32,000 bases of DNA from an uncultured Akkermansia sp. (GTDB taxonomy: Bacteria > Verrucomicrobiota > Verrucomicrobiia > Limisphaerales > UBA9464). The translations under genes and the position numbers were made by a program. Numbering within the stretch: position 1 is the stretch's first letter; each line of letters starts with the position of its first letter. The notes beneath the pieces are model-generated. The model saw only the letters and a program-made list of their open reading frames with translations. It was not told the origin of the DNA and made no database searches. Shown here piece after piece: positions 8,310 to 16,043 of this stretch. The stretch lies in assembly GCA_964430505.1 (NCBI GenBank), contig CAYSGH010000018.1, positions 8,365 to 40,364 on the forward strand, read 5' to 3'.

Positions 8310-9896
8310 TCACTCCGACACGTTGCGATCATCCAGGAAGATCCACTTGTGCACCTCGATCCCATGCGCGTTCAAGGCCTCCGCATACTCCTTCTTCCGC
8401 ACCAGGCTGGAAGGGGAGTTCATCACCATCTGGATCTTGCCCGTCGGGTAATGGTGCCGCACCAACCGCATGATCGAGTCGTAGTCGCGGCTGTCGTAGC
8501 CCACGCCGAGCCTCCGATACGACTCGTCGCTCGAAAACGACATGCCTTGCTCCGTCAGCATCCGGTCCGTGGCATGTGCCCCGAACCCCGCCCCGCGGCC
8601 GTCGAAGTACAGGAGGAAGACCGCGCCCACGCCGTAGTGGACGATGTGTTGAACCGACTTCTTGAACTTCACCCGGTTGTCCATGCTGACGAGGGGAAGG
8701 CGATTGAACAGGGACTCGCTTTGCACGCGGATGACGGCGACGTCGTACAGCAGCGGCTTCCCGTACGTCAGCACCACCATCTCCTGGCTGGTCACGATGT
8801 CGAAGTACACGTGGACCCGAAACCAGTAGGGCGTCGTCAGCAGCTCCGTCACGGGCGATCCCGGGCGCGTTTCCTTGTGGCGCGCGAGGTTGCCCGGGTC
8901 GATCCGCACCAGGAGCCGGTTGCCCCGGATCACGTAGTAGTCCCGCACCAGGGGCGACTCCCCTTCCATGAACCGCTCCACGGGCGTCTCCCGGAACACC
9001 TCGTGGAAGCGCTCCTCGGACAGCACGATCTCGCCGTCCACGGGCTTGACCGGCAGGAAGTAGGAGGCCGCGTAGATAAACCGTTGCGCTCCCGGCACCG
9101 CATGCGGCCGGAATGGCATCACCGGCTCCGGCGGCAGCGCCCGCCTCACGCCGTCCGTCGCCTGCTTCAACTGATGCCCCGAGTCCGCCTTCGACGCCAG
9201 GTACGCCACGTTGAACGGCGATGGCTCGAACTCCAGCGCCTCCGTCCCGGCCACGGACAACCCCTGCGTCGTCAACGCGGACACCTTGTCGGGGTTGTTC
9301 GTCAGCAGCACGAACGGGGCCTTCACTCCCAGCAGGTGGCACACGTCCGCGACGTCGTCGTAGCTCCGATGATCCTTCCTCAGCCCCATGCAGCGGTACG
9401 CCTCGAACGTCGAGATCTGGTCGTGCGACGACTGCACCAGCATCCGGTCCCGAGCCTTCGCCACGTAGCCCACGCCGCGCCCCTCCTGCATCAGGTAAAA
9501 CAAGATCCCGCTCCCCTTGCGCTGGATCACCTCCAACGCCCCCTCCAACTGTTGCACGCAGTCGCAGTCGCATCCGCGCAGCGTCTCGCTGGTGATGCAC
9601 GAGCTGTGGATCCGCGCATACAGCACCGCCGCGCCCGTGACTTCGCCCGCCGCCAGCGCGATCACGTACCCCTTGTGGATCACGTCCTGGAACACATGCG
9701 CCGTGAAGTGGCCCATCCGCGTCTCGACCCCGCAGCTCGCGAGGAACAAGGTCGTGCCGCGCAACGGCCGGTCCTCCACCCCGGCGCGATTCAGGACGGA
9801 TCCTGCCGGGTGCTGCAATTGCTCCACCAACTGCCGCAAGACGTCCGGCAACCGCACCACCGGGTGGCCTTCATCCCTTGGCTTCGCCGCATTCAT
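8310..9896 (-). CDS. Two-domain GTP cyclohydrolase II-like protein (RibA-like domain plus degenerate RibA-like domain)
   Basis: First domain: ARIHSSCITSETLRGCDCDCVQQLEGAL…GILFYLMQEGRGVGYVAKARDRML…LLGVKAPFVLLTNNPDKV. Second domain: VIRVQSESLF…GVGAVFLLYFDGRGAGFGAHATDRMLTEQG…ESYRRLGVGYDSRDYDSIMRLV. Alternative start at 9920. The 10634 track start is an antisense extension into the TonB receptor gene. Confidence 0.75.
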   Translation of the reverse strand: MNAAKPRDEGHPVVRLPDVLRQLVEQLQHPAGSVLNRAGVEDRPLRGTTLFLASCGVETRMGHFTAHVFQDVIHKGYVIALAAGEVTGAAVLYARIHSSCITSETLRGCDCDCVQQLEGALEVIQRKGSGILFYLMQEGRGVGYVAKARDRMLVQSSHDQISTFEAYRCMGLRKDHRSYDDVADVCHLLGVKAPFVLLTNNPDKVSALTTQGLSVAGTEALEFEPSPFNVAYLASKADSGHQLKQATDGVRRALPPEPVMPFRPHAVPGAQRFIYAASYFLPVKPVDGEIVLSEERFHEVFRETPVERFMEGESPLVRDYYVIRGNRLLVRIDPGNLARHKETRPGSPVTELLTTPYWFRVHVYFDIVTSQEMVVLTYGKPLLYDVAVIRVQSESLFNRLPLVSMDNRVKFKKSVQHIVHYGVGAVFLLYFDGRGAGFGAHATDRMLTEQGMSFSSDESYRRLGVGYDSRDYDSIMRLVRHHYPTGKIQMVMNSPSSLVRKKEYAEALNAHGIEVHKWIFLDDRNVSE

Positions 9897-10010
9897 CGGC
9901 CCCACGCACGCAGCCCCCATGCCATCCGCCCGCCTCGCGTTTCCCGCTTCCCGCTTCCCCACTCTGGCCCGCCGGTTGCTTTGCTGGACGATGCCCGTTC
10001 CAACGGGTCT

Positions 10011-10032
10011 GCCGGGCCACAATTCGCCCGGC
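10011..10032 (+). promoter_or_regulatory. Inverted repeat in the divergent intergenic region (GCCGGG-N10-CCCGGC)
   Basis: Perfect 6-bp arms at 10011-10016 and 10027-10032, upstream of the TonB-dependent receptor start (10071). Divergent gene on the other side. Confidence 0.3.
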
Positions 10033-10070
10033 GGGTGAAACGTGGTGTCCATAATTAGCCTGCCTGCGCA

Positions 10071-12452
10071 ATGAAGACCCTCCTGCTCCCTGCATCGCTC
10101 GCCAGCCTGACGTTCTCGGCTGGCGTCCTCGCCCAGACCACCAACGCCGCCCCGTCCAACCTCGACCGCATCGTCGTCGAGGGCATCCCCTTGGAGGAGC
10201 AGGTGGTGCCAACGGTGCGCCCGTTCAACTCCGTGTACGGCACCGACCGCCCCATCCTGGAGACGCCCCGAAACGTCACGATCATTTCCCGGGAGCAGCT
10301 CGACGCGATCAACATCTACGACGTCCGGGACTTTTCGAAGCTCACCTCCAGCTCCTACACCCGCTCCAACTTCGGGGCTCCCACCACGCCGGACATCCGC
10401 ACGCAGATCGCCGACACGTTCGTGAACGGCATGCGCCAAGGCCTCACGTCCAACGGCAACGGCCTCCCCGTCAACTTCAACTCCGTCGAGTCCGTCAACA
10501 TCGTGAAGGGGCCTGCCTCGTCCGTGTACGGGCCGTCGCAGTACGTGGGCGGGTACGTGGACCTGATCACCAAGCGCCCGTTCTACGACGGCTACCACGG
10601 CGAGGTCTCCTCCACCTTCGGCATGTTCCAGCAACGCCGCTGGACGATGGACGTCGGCGCGCCCTTGCCCGGGAAGACCGCGGCGTGGCGCCTGAGCTAC
10701 TCCGGCGAGGATTCCGGCAGCTACTACTACGATGGCTTCCGCAAGTCCCAGGCCGTCTATGGAGCCCTCTCATGGCAGCCCAACGAGAAGTACGACGTCT
10801 TCTTCAACAACGAGTGGTACTGGGCCAACTACACCGAGAACTTTGGCGTCAACCGCCCCACGCAGCAGCTCATCGACAGCGGCCTGTACCAGACGGGCGT
10901 CAACAACAACCCCGCGCCGGACTTCGCCGCCTATCCCTTCGGCTACGTCGATGCCTCCGGGACGCCCATCTCCTTCTCCAACATCAACGTCCCGGCTGGC
11001 GCGGCCGCTCCCACGTCCGACCCCCAAAACAGCCGCTGGGTCACCTCCGGCTTTCCGGTCGTCAACCGGATCGACCCGGGGCCGCTCGTGAAGCTTGACC
11101 GCCGCCGCCGCCTCCTCCGCCCCGGCGACGACTCCGAGGGCTTCTCCTACAACGCACAGGCCGTCCAGACGTACCACGCCTCCGAGTCCGTGGACATCGC
11201 CAACAACACGCTCTTCCGCTACGTGGACCGCCAGACCGAGTCCTCGTACTACTACTCCGAGATCATCGATCCCTCGTGGTCCTTCGAGAACCGCACCGAG
11301 GTCCGCATCAACCTGGAGAAGCACTCCATCAACACCGGCGCCGACGTCCGGTACCAGTACGTCCGCGCCTTCAACGACTTCTTCACCGAGCCCGCCAACG
11401 TGTGGGACCTGTCCCGCGACCTGTCCTACATCAACATCCGGAACTCGGTGAACTTCCCCAACCCGTTCACGTCCGTTCCCGTGCCCGGCCACCCCGGACG
11501 CTACTTCACCCCGGACAACGGGGACTCCGGCGTCTCGCATTCCCTGTTCACCGGCCCGTTCTACCAGCATGATTTCCGCATCACGGACCGATGGTCCCTG
11601 CTGGGCGGCGGGCGCCTGAACATCGTCAGCCTCGACTATTCCGACCCCGCCAAGTTCCTGCCCGGCGACTCCGTGACGCTGGGCCTGCCCAGCGCCAATG
11701 CGTCCACGGTGTACAAGTTCACGCAGCGGCTGACCGGGTACTTCACCTATAACTGGTCCCAGAACCCCGTTGGTTCCGTCGGCAATGGCGGTGGCTACAC
11801 GACGGCCGGCCTGCGCAACTTCGCCAATCGCAACCTTCGCAACGAGGCCCAGCTCTTCGAGGTGGGCTCCAAGGTCTCATTGTACGACGGGAAGCTCTTC
11901 CTCGGCGGCGCCCTCTTCGAGCAGACCCGCGCCGACGCCCAGCTCAATCGGTCCGTCGTCGAGTTCAACACCCGCGGCTTCGAGGTCGAGGCCAACTACC
12001 AGCCCACGCGCGAGTTCTACCTGACGCTCGGCTATTCCTACCTCGACTCCACCGTGAACCAGCCCCAGTTCGACGTGGGCAACACCACCCTGACCTCGCC
12101 CGGCGACCGCTTCTTCGCCATGTCCGGCGACTCCTTCCGACGGCAGGGCGTGCCCACCCACCTGGTCAACTTCCTCACCACCTACCGCATCTACAAGGGC
12201 CTCGGCACCTCCGCCAACGTCGTCTTCACCTCCGAGATCAACAACAACGTCGCCGGGACGCTCGTCATCCCCAACCAGTACACCCTCGACCTCACCGTCT
12301 TCTATACCGCGCCGCGATGGGACGCCCGCGTGATGCTCCTCAACATCACCGACGAGAAGAACTGGTCCGCGCCCAACGCCGTGTATGGCAACGAGTCCAT
12401 CGTCGCCGACTTGCCGTTCCGGCTCGAAGGCCGCGTCACCATCAAGTTCTAG
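10071..12452 (+). CDS. TonB-dependent outer-membrane receptor
   Basis: Signal peptide, plug domain (PRNVTIISREQLDAINIYDVRDFSKLTSSSYTRSNFG…VNFNSVESVNIVKGPASSVYGPSQYVGGYVDLITKRP), long beta-barrel with aromatic C-terminus (PFRLEGRVTIKF). Confidence 0.93.
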   Translation: MKTLLLPASLASLTFSAGVLAQTTNAAPSNLDRIVVEGIPLEEQVVPTVRPFNSVYGTDRPILETPRNVTIISREQLDAINIYDVRDFSKLTSSSYTRSNFGAPTTPDIRTQIADTFVNGMRQGLTSNGNGLPVNFNSVESVNIVKGPASSVYGPSQYVGGYVDLITKRPFYDGYHGEVSSTFGMFQQRRWTMDVGAPLPGKTAAWRLSYSGEDSGSYYYDGFRKSQAVYGALSWQPNEKYDVFFNNEWYWANYTENFGVNRPTQQLIDSGLYQTGVNNNPAPDFAAYPFGYVDASGTPISFSNINVPAGAAAPTSDPQNSRWVTSGFPVVNRIDPGPLVKLDRRRRLLRPGDDSEGFSYNAQAVQTYHASESVDIANNTLFRYVDRQTESSYYYSEIIDPSWSFENRTEVRINLEKHSINTGADVRYQYVRAFNDFFTEPANVWDLSRDLSYINIRNSVNFPNPFTSVPVPGHPGRYFTPDNGDSGVSHSLFTGPFYQHDFRITDRWSLLGGGRLNIVSLDYSDPAKFLPGDSVTLGLPSANASTVYKFTQRLTGYFTYNWSQNPVGSVGNGGGYTTAGLRNFANRNLRNEAQLFEVGSKVSLYDGKLFLGGALFEQTRADAQLNRSVVEFNTRGFEVEANYQPTREFYLTLGYSYLDSTVNQPQFDVGNTTLTSPGDRFFAMSGDSFRRQGVPTHLVNFLTTYRIYKGLGTSANVVFTSEINNNVAGTLVIPNQYTLDLTVFYTAPRWDARVMLLNITDEKNWSAPNAVYGNESIVADLPFRLEGRVTIKF

Positions 12453-12482
12453 TGTAGCCTGCGGCACGGCAGCCCGACACGG

Positions 12483-12516
12483 GGCGAGCCAGGCGCATCA
12501 CCCCGCTTGGCTCGCC
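12483..12516 (+). other. Intercistronic hairpin (perfect 9-bp arms GGCGAGCCA / TGGCTCGCC)
   Basis: Arms at 12483-12491 and 12508-12516, between the TonB receptor stop and the next start. No U-tract, so a terminator is uncertain. Confidence 0.5.
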
Positions 12517-12571
12517 AGCCTCGGCCGCCGCTTCTCGCCCCTCGATCCCCGCTCCCCGTTGATTTCCCCTC

Positions 12572-13603
12572 ATGCGCCTCGTCATTGCCCTCTGCGCCCT
12601 GGTGCTGTCCCTCCCGGCCAGCGCCGCCCCGCCCATCCAGCCCAAGGTCCTCGTCGTCTCCACCTTTGAGATCGGCCAAGACACCGGCGACCGCCCTGGC
12701 GAGTTCCAGTTCTGGGTGGAACGCGAGCGCCTGACCCAGTCCTTGGCGCTTCCCAACCTTTCGCGCCCCCTGCGCCACGGCACCAACGGCGTGTTCGGCT
12801 TTGTTTCCGGCACCACGGTGCGCGCCGCCACGGAGGTCCTGGCCCTGGGCCTCTCGCCCGAGCTGGACCTCACCCGCACCTACTGGCTCATCAACGGCAT
12901 CGCCGGGGTCGATCCGGAGGATGCCTCCGTGGGATCCGCCGCCTGGGCGCTGCATGTCGTCGATGGCGACATTGCCTACGAGATCGACTCGCGCGACGTG
13001 CCGCCGTCGTGGCCCTACGGACTGGTGCCCATCGGGGGCAAGAAGCCCAACGTCATCAACGAGGACGCCACCTGGGCTCCGAAGCCCATGGCGTGGACGC
13101 TCAACGCGGGCCTCGCTCGTTGGGCCTACGGCATCACGCGCGACATCCCCATCCCGGACTCCGACGCCGCCAAGGCTCACCGCGCCCTCTACACCGCCCA
13201 TCCGGCGGCACAAAGGCCCGCGTCGGTCCTGCTGGGCGACAGCCTCGGCTCCTGCCGCTACTGGCATGGCCCCGGCATGACCCGCTGGGCCAACGACTGG
13301 GCCCGCCTGCATACGGCCAATCGCGGCAACTTCGTCATGACCAACATGGAGGACCATGGCATTGCCCACGCCCTCCAGCAGCTTGCCCGCATGCGCAAGG
13401 TGGACTTCAACCGGGTCCTCTTCCTCCGTACGGGCTCCAACTATTGCACCCCCGCCCCGGGCAAGGCCGCCGCCGACTCCATGACCGAGGAATACTCCGG
13501 CATGTTGCCCGCCCTCGAGGCCGCCCATCGCGTGGGCAGCCGGGTCGTCCATGAGATCATCGAGCACTGGCCCCGGCACGAGGCCGTCATTCCTTCCCAG
13601 TAG
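12572..13603 (+). CDS. NUP-family protein (annotated 'purine nucleoside permease' family, PNP-like), exported
   Basis: Signal peptide MRLVIALCALVLSLPASAAPPIQPKVLVVSTFEIGQDTGDRPGEFQFWVERERL…YWLINGIAGVDPEDASVGSAAWALHVVDGDIAYEIDSRD…NFVMTNMEDHGIAHAL, all characteristic of this family. Confidence 0.85.
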   Translation: MRLVIALCALVLSLPASAAPPIQPKVLVVSTFEIGQDTGDRPGEFQFWVERERLTQSLALPNLSRPLRHGTNGVFGFVSGTTVRAATEVLALGLSPELDLTRTYWLINGIAGVDPEDASVGSAAWALHVVDGDIAYEIDSRDVPPSWPYGLVPIGGKKPNVINEDATWAPKPMAWTLNAGLARWAYGITRDIPIPDSDAAKAHRALYTAHPAAQRPASVLLGDSLGSCRYWHGPGMTRWANDWARLHTANRGNFVMTNMEDHGIAHALQQLARMRKVDFNRVLFLRTGSNYCTPAPGKAAADSMTEEYSGMLPALEAAHRVGSRVVHEIIEHWPRHEAVIPSQ

Positions 13604-13620
13604 CGGCCACCTCTCCCACG

Positions 13621-15054
13621 ATGAGGCCCATCGAGTGCATGAAGCCCATGAAATCCATGAAGCTCCTTCTCGCCCTGTGCGCGTTCCTCGCTTCCGTCGC
13701 CATGGGGGCCGACTTCGCAGCCCGGTTCGAGTCCTTCAAGACCAACGCGAGCCCGTTGGACCTCTACCGCCTGCTCTATGCGATGCCCAAGGCGGGCGAC
13801 CTCCACCACCACGCTGGCGGCTGCTGGCGCATGGAGGACCTCTACAACGTCGCCACCAACGTCACGCGCAACGGCGGCAACCGCTTCTACACCCGCATCA
13901 AGGCGGGCACGTGCCCCGACGACGCCACCCCATGGCGTCGCTTCACCACCATCGCCGCCTTCACCTGGAAGGATCTCACGCCCTGCCAGCAATCCGAGTA
14001 CGTGCCCCTCGATGAGCTGCCTCCGGGCCTGCGCGCCGAGTTCATCGACTCCCTCCGCCTCGACAAGCCGGGCGAGGGCCGGCAGGAGTTCTTCGAGGAA
14101 ATCTGGCCTCGGCTCGGCGCGCTCGGGCGCAGCATCGACGTCTTCCTTGAAATGACCGTCGAGACGATGAGGCGCTACGGGGCCGAGGGCGTGCGCTACC
14201 TCGAGCCCCAGACCATTCCCATGGGGATGCTCGATGGGTCCGGGGCCGTCGTGGACGCCGAGGAGTTCCACCAACGCCTGGCGCGGCGCCTCGCCCAGCC
14301 CGACGCCCTCGCCACCGGCGTCTCCGTCCGATGGCAAATCGTCGTCATCCGCTTCCTCCCCACCGCCGAGCGCGCCATCGAGGACGCCTATGACTTCATC
14401 TCCCGGCATCGCGACCTCTGGGTGGGCATCAACATGGCCGGGCGCGAGGACAACGACAAAGGCCACCCCCGCCGCTTCCTGGACGTCTATCGGCGCATGC
14501 GCCTCAAGCACCACGGCGTGGGCCTCGCCATCCACGCCGGGGAGGTGGACGAGCCCAACCCCCACATGCGTGACACCCTCCTCCTCGGCGCCACGCGCCT
14601 CGGCCACGGCAACAACGTCCTCACCGATGACGACCTCGTCCTCCACCTCCGTTCCCGCATCGCCTTCGTCGAGATCAACCTCGTCAGCAACCTGGTCCTC
14701 GAATACGTCTCCGACTATCGCCAGCACCACTTCGCCGAGATGCTCCGCACCGGCATTCCCTGCGGCCTCTCCACCGACGATTCCGGCATGTGGGACTCCA
14801 ACATGACGGACGAGTACATGACCGCCGTCCGGGAGTTCAACCTGACGTGGGAGGAGCTGGTGCGCTGCGGGCGATCCTCGCTGGAGTGGTCCTTTGCCGA
14901 GCCGGCCCTCAAGCAACGCCTGCTGGACGCCTACGACCGCGACGTCCGCGCCTTCGAGCAACGGTTCGCCGGCGACGCATGGCAGCCGCTCCTGCAATCC
15001 GTGAAGCCCGTGTCCTACGGCTTCGCCAAGCGCCGATGGAACATTGCGTTCTGA
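13621..15054 (+). CDS. Adenosine deaminase-like metal hydrolase (ADGF/CECR1-like), exported
   Basis: Signal peptide MKSMKLLLALCAFLASVAMGAD; MPKAGDLHHHAGGCW, HAGEVDEPNPHMRDTLLLGATRLGHGNNV, GLSTDDSGMW (metal-binding/catalytic motifs). The start could be any of four in-frame ATGs (13621, 13639, 13648, 13657). Confidence 0.88.
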   Translation: MRPIECMKPMKSMKLLLALCAFLASVAMGADFAARFESFKTNASPLDLYRLLYAMPKAGDLHHHAGGCWRMEDLYNVATNVTRNGGNRFYTRIKAGTCPDDATPWRRFTTIAAFTWKDLTPCQQSEYVPLDELPPGLRAEFIDSLRLDKPGEGRQEFFEEIWPRLGALGRSIDVFLEMTVETMRRYGAEGVRYLEPQTIPMGMLDGSGAVVDAEEFHQRLARRLAQPDALATGVSVRWQIVVIRFLPTAERAIEDAYDFISRHRDLWVGINMAGREDNDKGHPRRFLDVYRRMRLKHHGVGLAIHAGEVDEPNPHMRDTLLLGATRLGHGNNVLTDDDLVLHLRSRIAFVEINLVSNLVLEYVSDYRQHHFAEMLRTGIPCGLSTDDSGMWDSNMTDEYMTAVREFNLTWEELVRCGRSSLEWSFAEPALKQRLLDAYDRDVRAFEQRFAGDAWQPLLQSVKPVSYGFAKRRWNIAF

Positions 15055-16043
15055 TGATCCCCGGCTGGCATCCCATGCGCCCATTTGCTCCGGCATTCGT
15101 CCCGGCGGCCGCGGCCGCTGTCGGCCTCATTCTTGCCTCCGCGCGCTCCGCTGCGGCCGGCACCATCGTCTTCCTGTCCGACTTCGGGCTGAAGGACGGG
15201 GCCGTGTCCGCCATGAAGGGCGTCGCCCATGCCGCCGATCCGGGCCTGCAACTGTTCGACGTCACCCACGAGGTTCCGCCGTTCAACGTGTGGGAAGGAG
15301 CCTTCCGGCTCGCCCAAGCCGCGCCCTACTGGCCTGCCAACACCGTGTTCGTCTGCGTCGTCGATCCCGGCGTGGGCACCGACCGCCTCCCCGTCGTCCA
15401 TCGCACGCGGTCTGGCCATGTGTTCGTGGGGCCGGACAACGGGCTCTTCACGCTCGTGGACGACGTGCTTGGCCATGACCGCTCCTACGTCATCGACGCC
15501 TCGCGCCATCGCCTGCCGGGCTCGGACGCCAGCTACACGTTCCACGGGCGCGACCTCTTCGCGCACGTCGGAGCGCGCATTGCATCGGGCCAGCTCACGC
15601 CCGCCGATGCGGGCCAACCCGCCGGGAAACCACCCGTCCGGATCCCGTACCCGGCTGCCACCTGCAAGGACGGCGCCCTCTCTGGCGTGATCCCCGTGCT
15701 CGACGTCCAGTACGGCAACGTCTGGTCCAACATCGGCCCCGACCTCGTCGAGGAAGCCGGCCTTCGCGTCGGGGATGAGGTCGAGGTGACGTTCCTCAAG
15801 GGCGGACGCCGCGTCGCGCGGCTTCGGGCGCCCTTCGTGCAAACCTTCGGGGCCGTTCCCAAGGGCAAGCCCCTCGTGTTCGTGAACTCCCTCCTGCAGC
15901 TCTCCGTCGCGCTGAACACCGACAGCCTCGCCGCCCGCTACAAGGTCGGATCCGGGCCGGACTGGTCGGTCCAGTTCAAGGCGGTGCCATCCGTCTCGTC
16001 GCCTTCCACGTCCACCCTCCCGCCCGCCAAGCCCAAGCCATGA
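15054..16043 (+). CDS. SAM hydrolase / SAM hydroxide adenosyltransferase family (DUF62), predicted exported
   Basis: IVFLSDFGLKDGAVSAMKGV, VFVCVVDPGVGTDRLPVVHRTRSGHVFVGPDNGLFTLV, YTFHGRDLFAHVGARIASG. Hydrophobic N-terminus MRPFAPAFVPAAAAAVGLILASARSAAAG. Alternative start 15075. Confidence 0.88.
   Translation: MIPGWHPMRPFAPAFVPAAAAAVGLILASARSAAAGTIVFLSDFGLKDGAVSAMKGVAHAADPGLQLFDVTHEVPPFNVWEGAFRLAQAAPYWPANTVFVCVVDPGVGTDRLPVVHRTRSGHVFVGPDNGLFTLVDDVLGHDRSYVIDASRHRLPGSDASYTFHGRDLFAHVGARIASGQLTPADAGQPAGKPPVRIPYPAATCKDGALSGVIPVLDVQYGNVWSNIGPDLVEEAGLRVGDEVEVTFLKGGRRVARLRAPFVQTFGAVPKGKPLVFVNSLLQLSVALNTDSLAARYKVGSGPDWSVQFKAVPSVSSPSTSTLPPAKPKP

Noticed and set aside
9921-10070. Cobalamin or other known riboswitch upstream of the TonB receptor
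   Set aside because: No B12-box or other consensus was recognised by eye; needs an Infernal scan to be certain.
9921-10634. N-terminal extension of the RibA-like ORF up to 10634
   Set aside because: The extension runs antisense through the TonB receptor 5' end and the intergenic region. Homology begins only near 9800, so a start at 9896 or 9920 is more reasonable.
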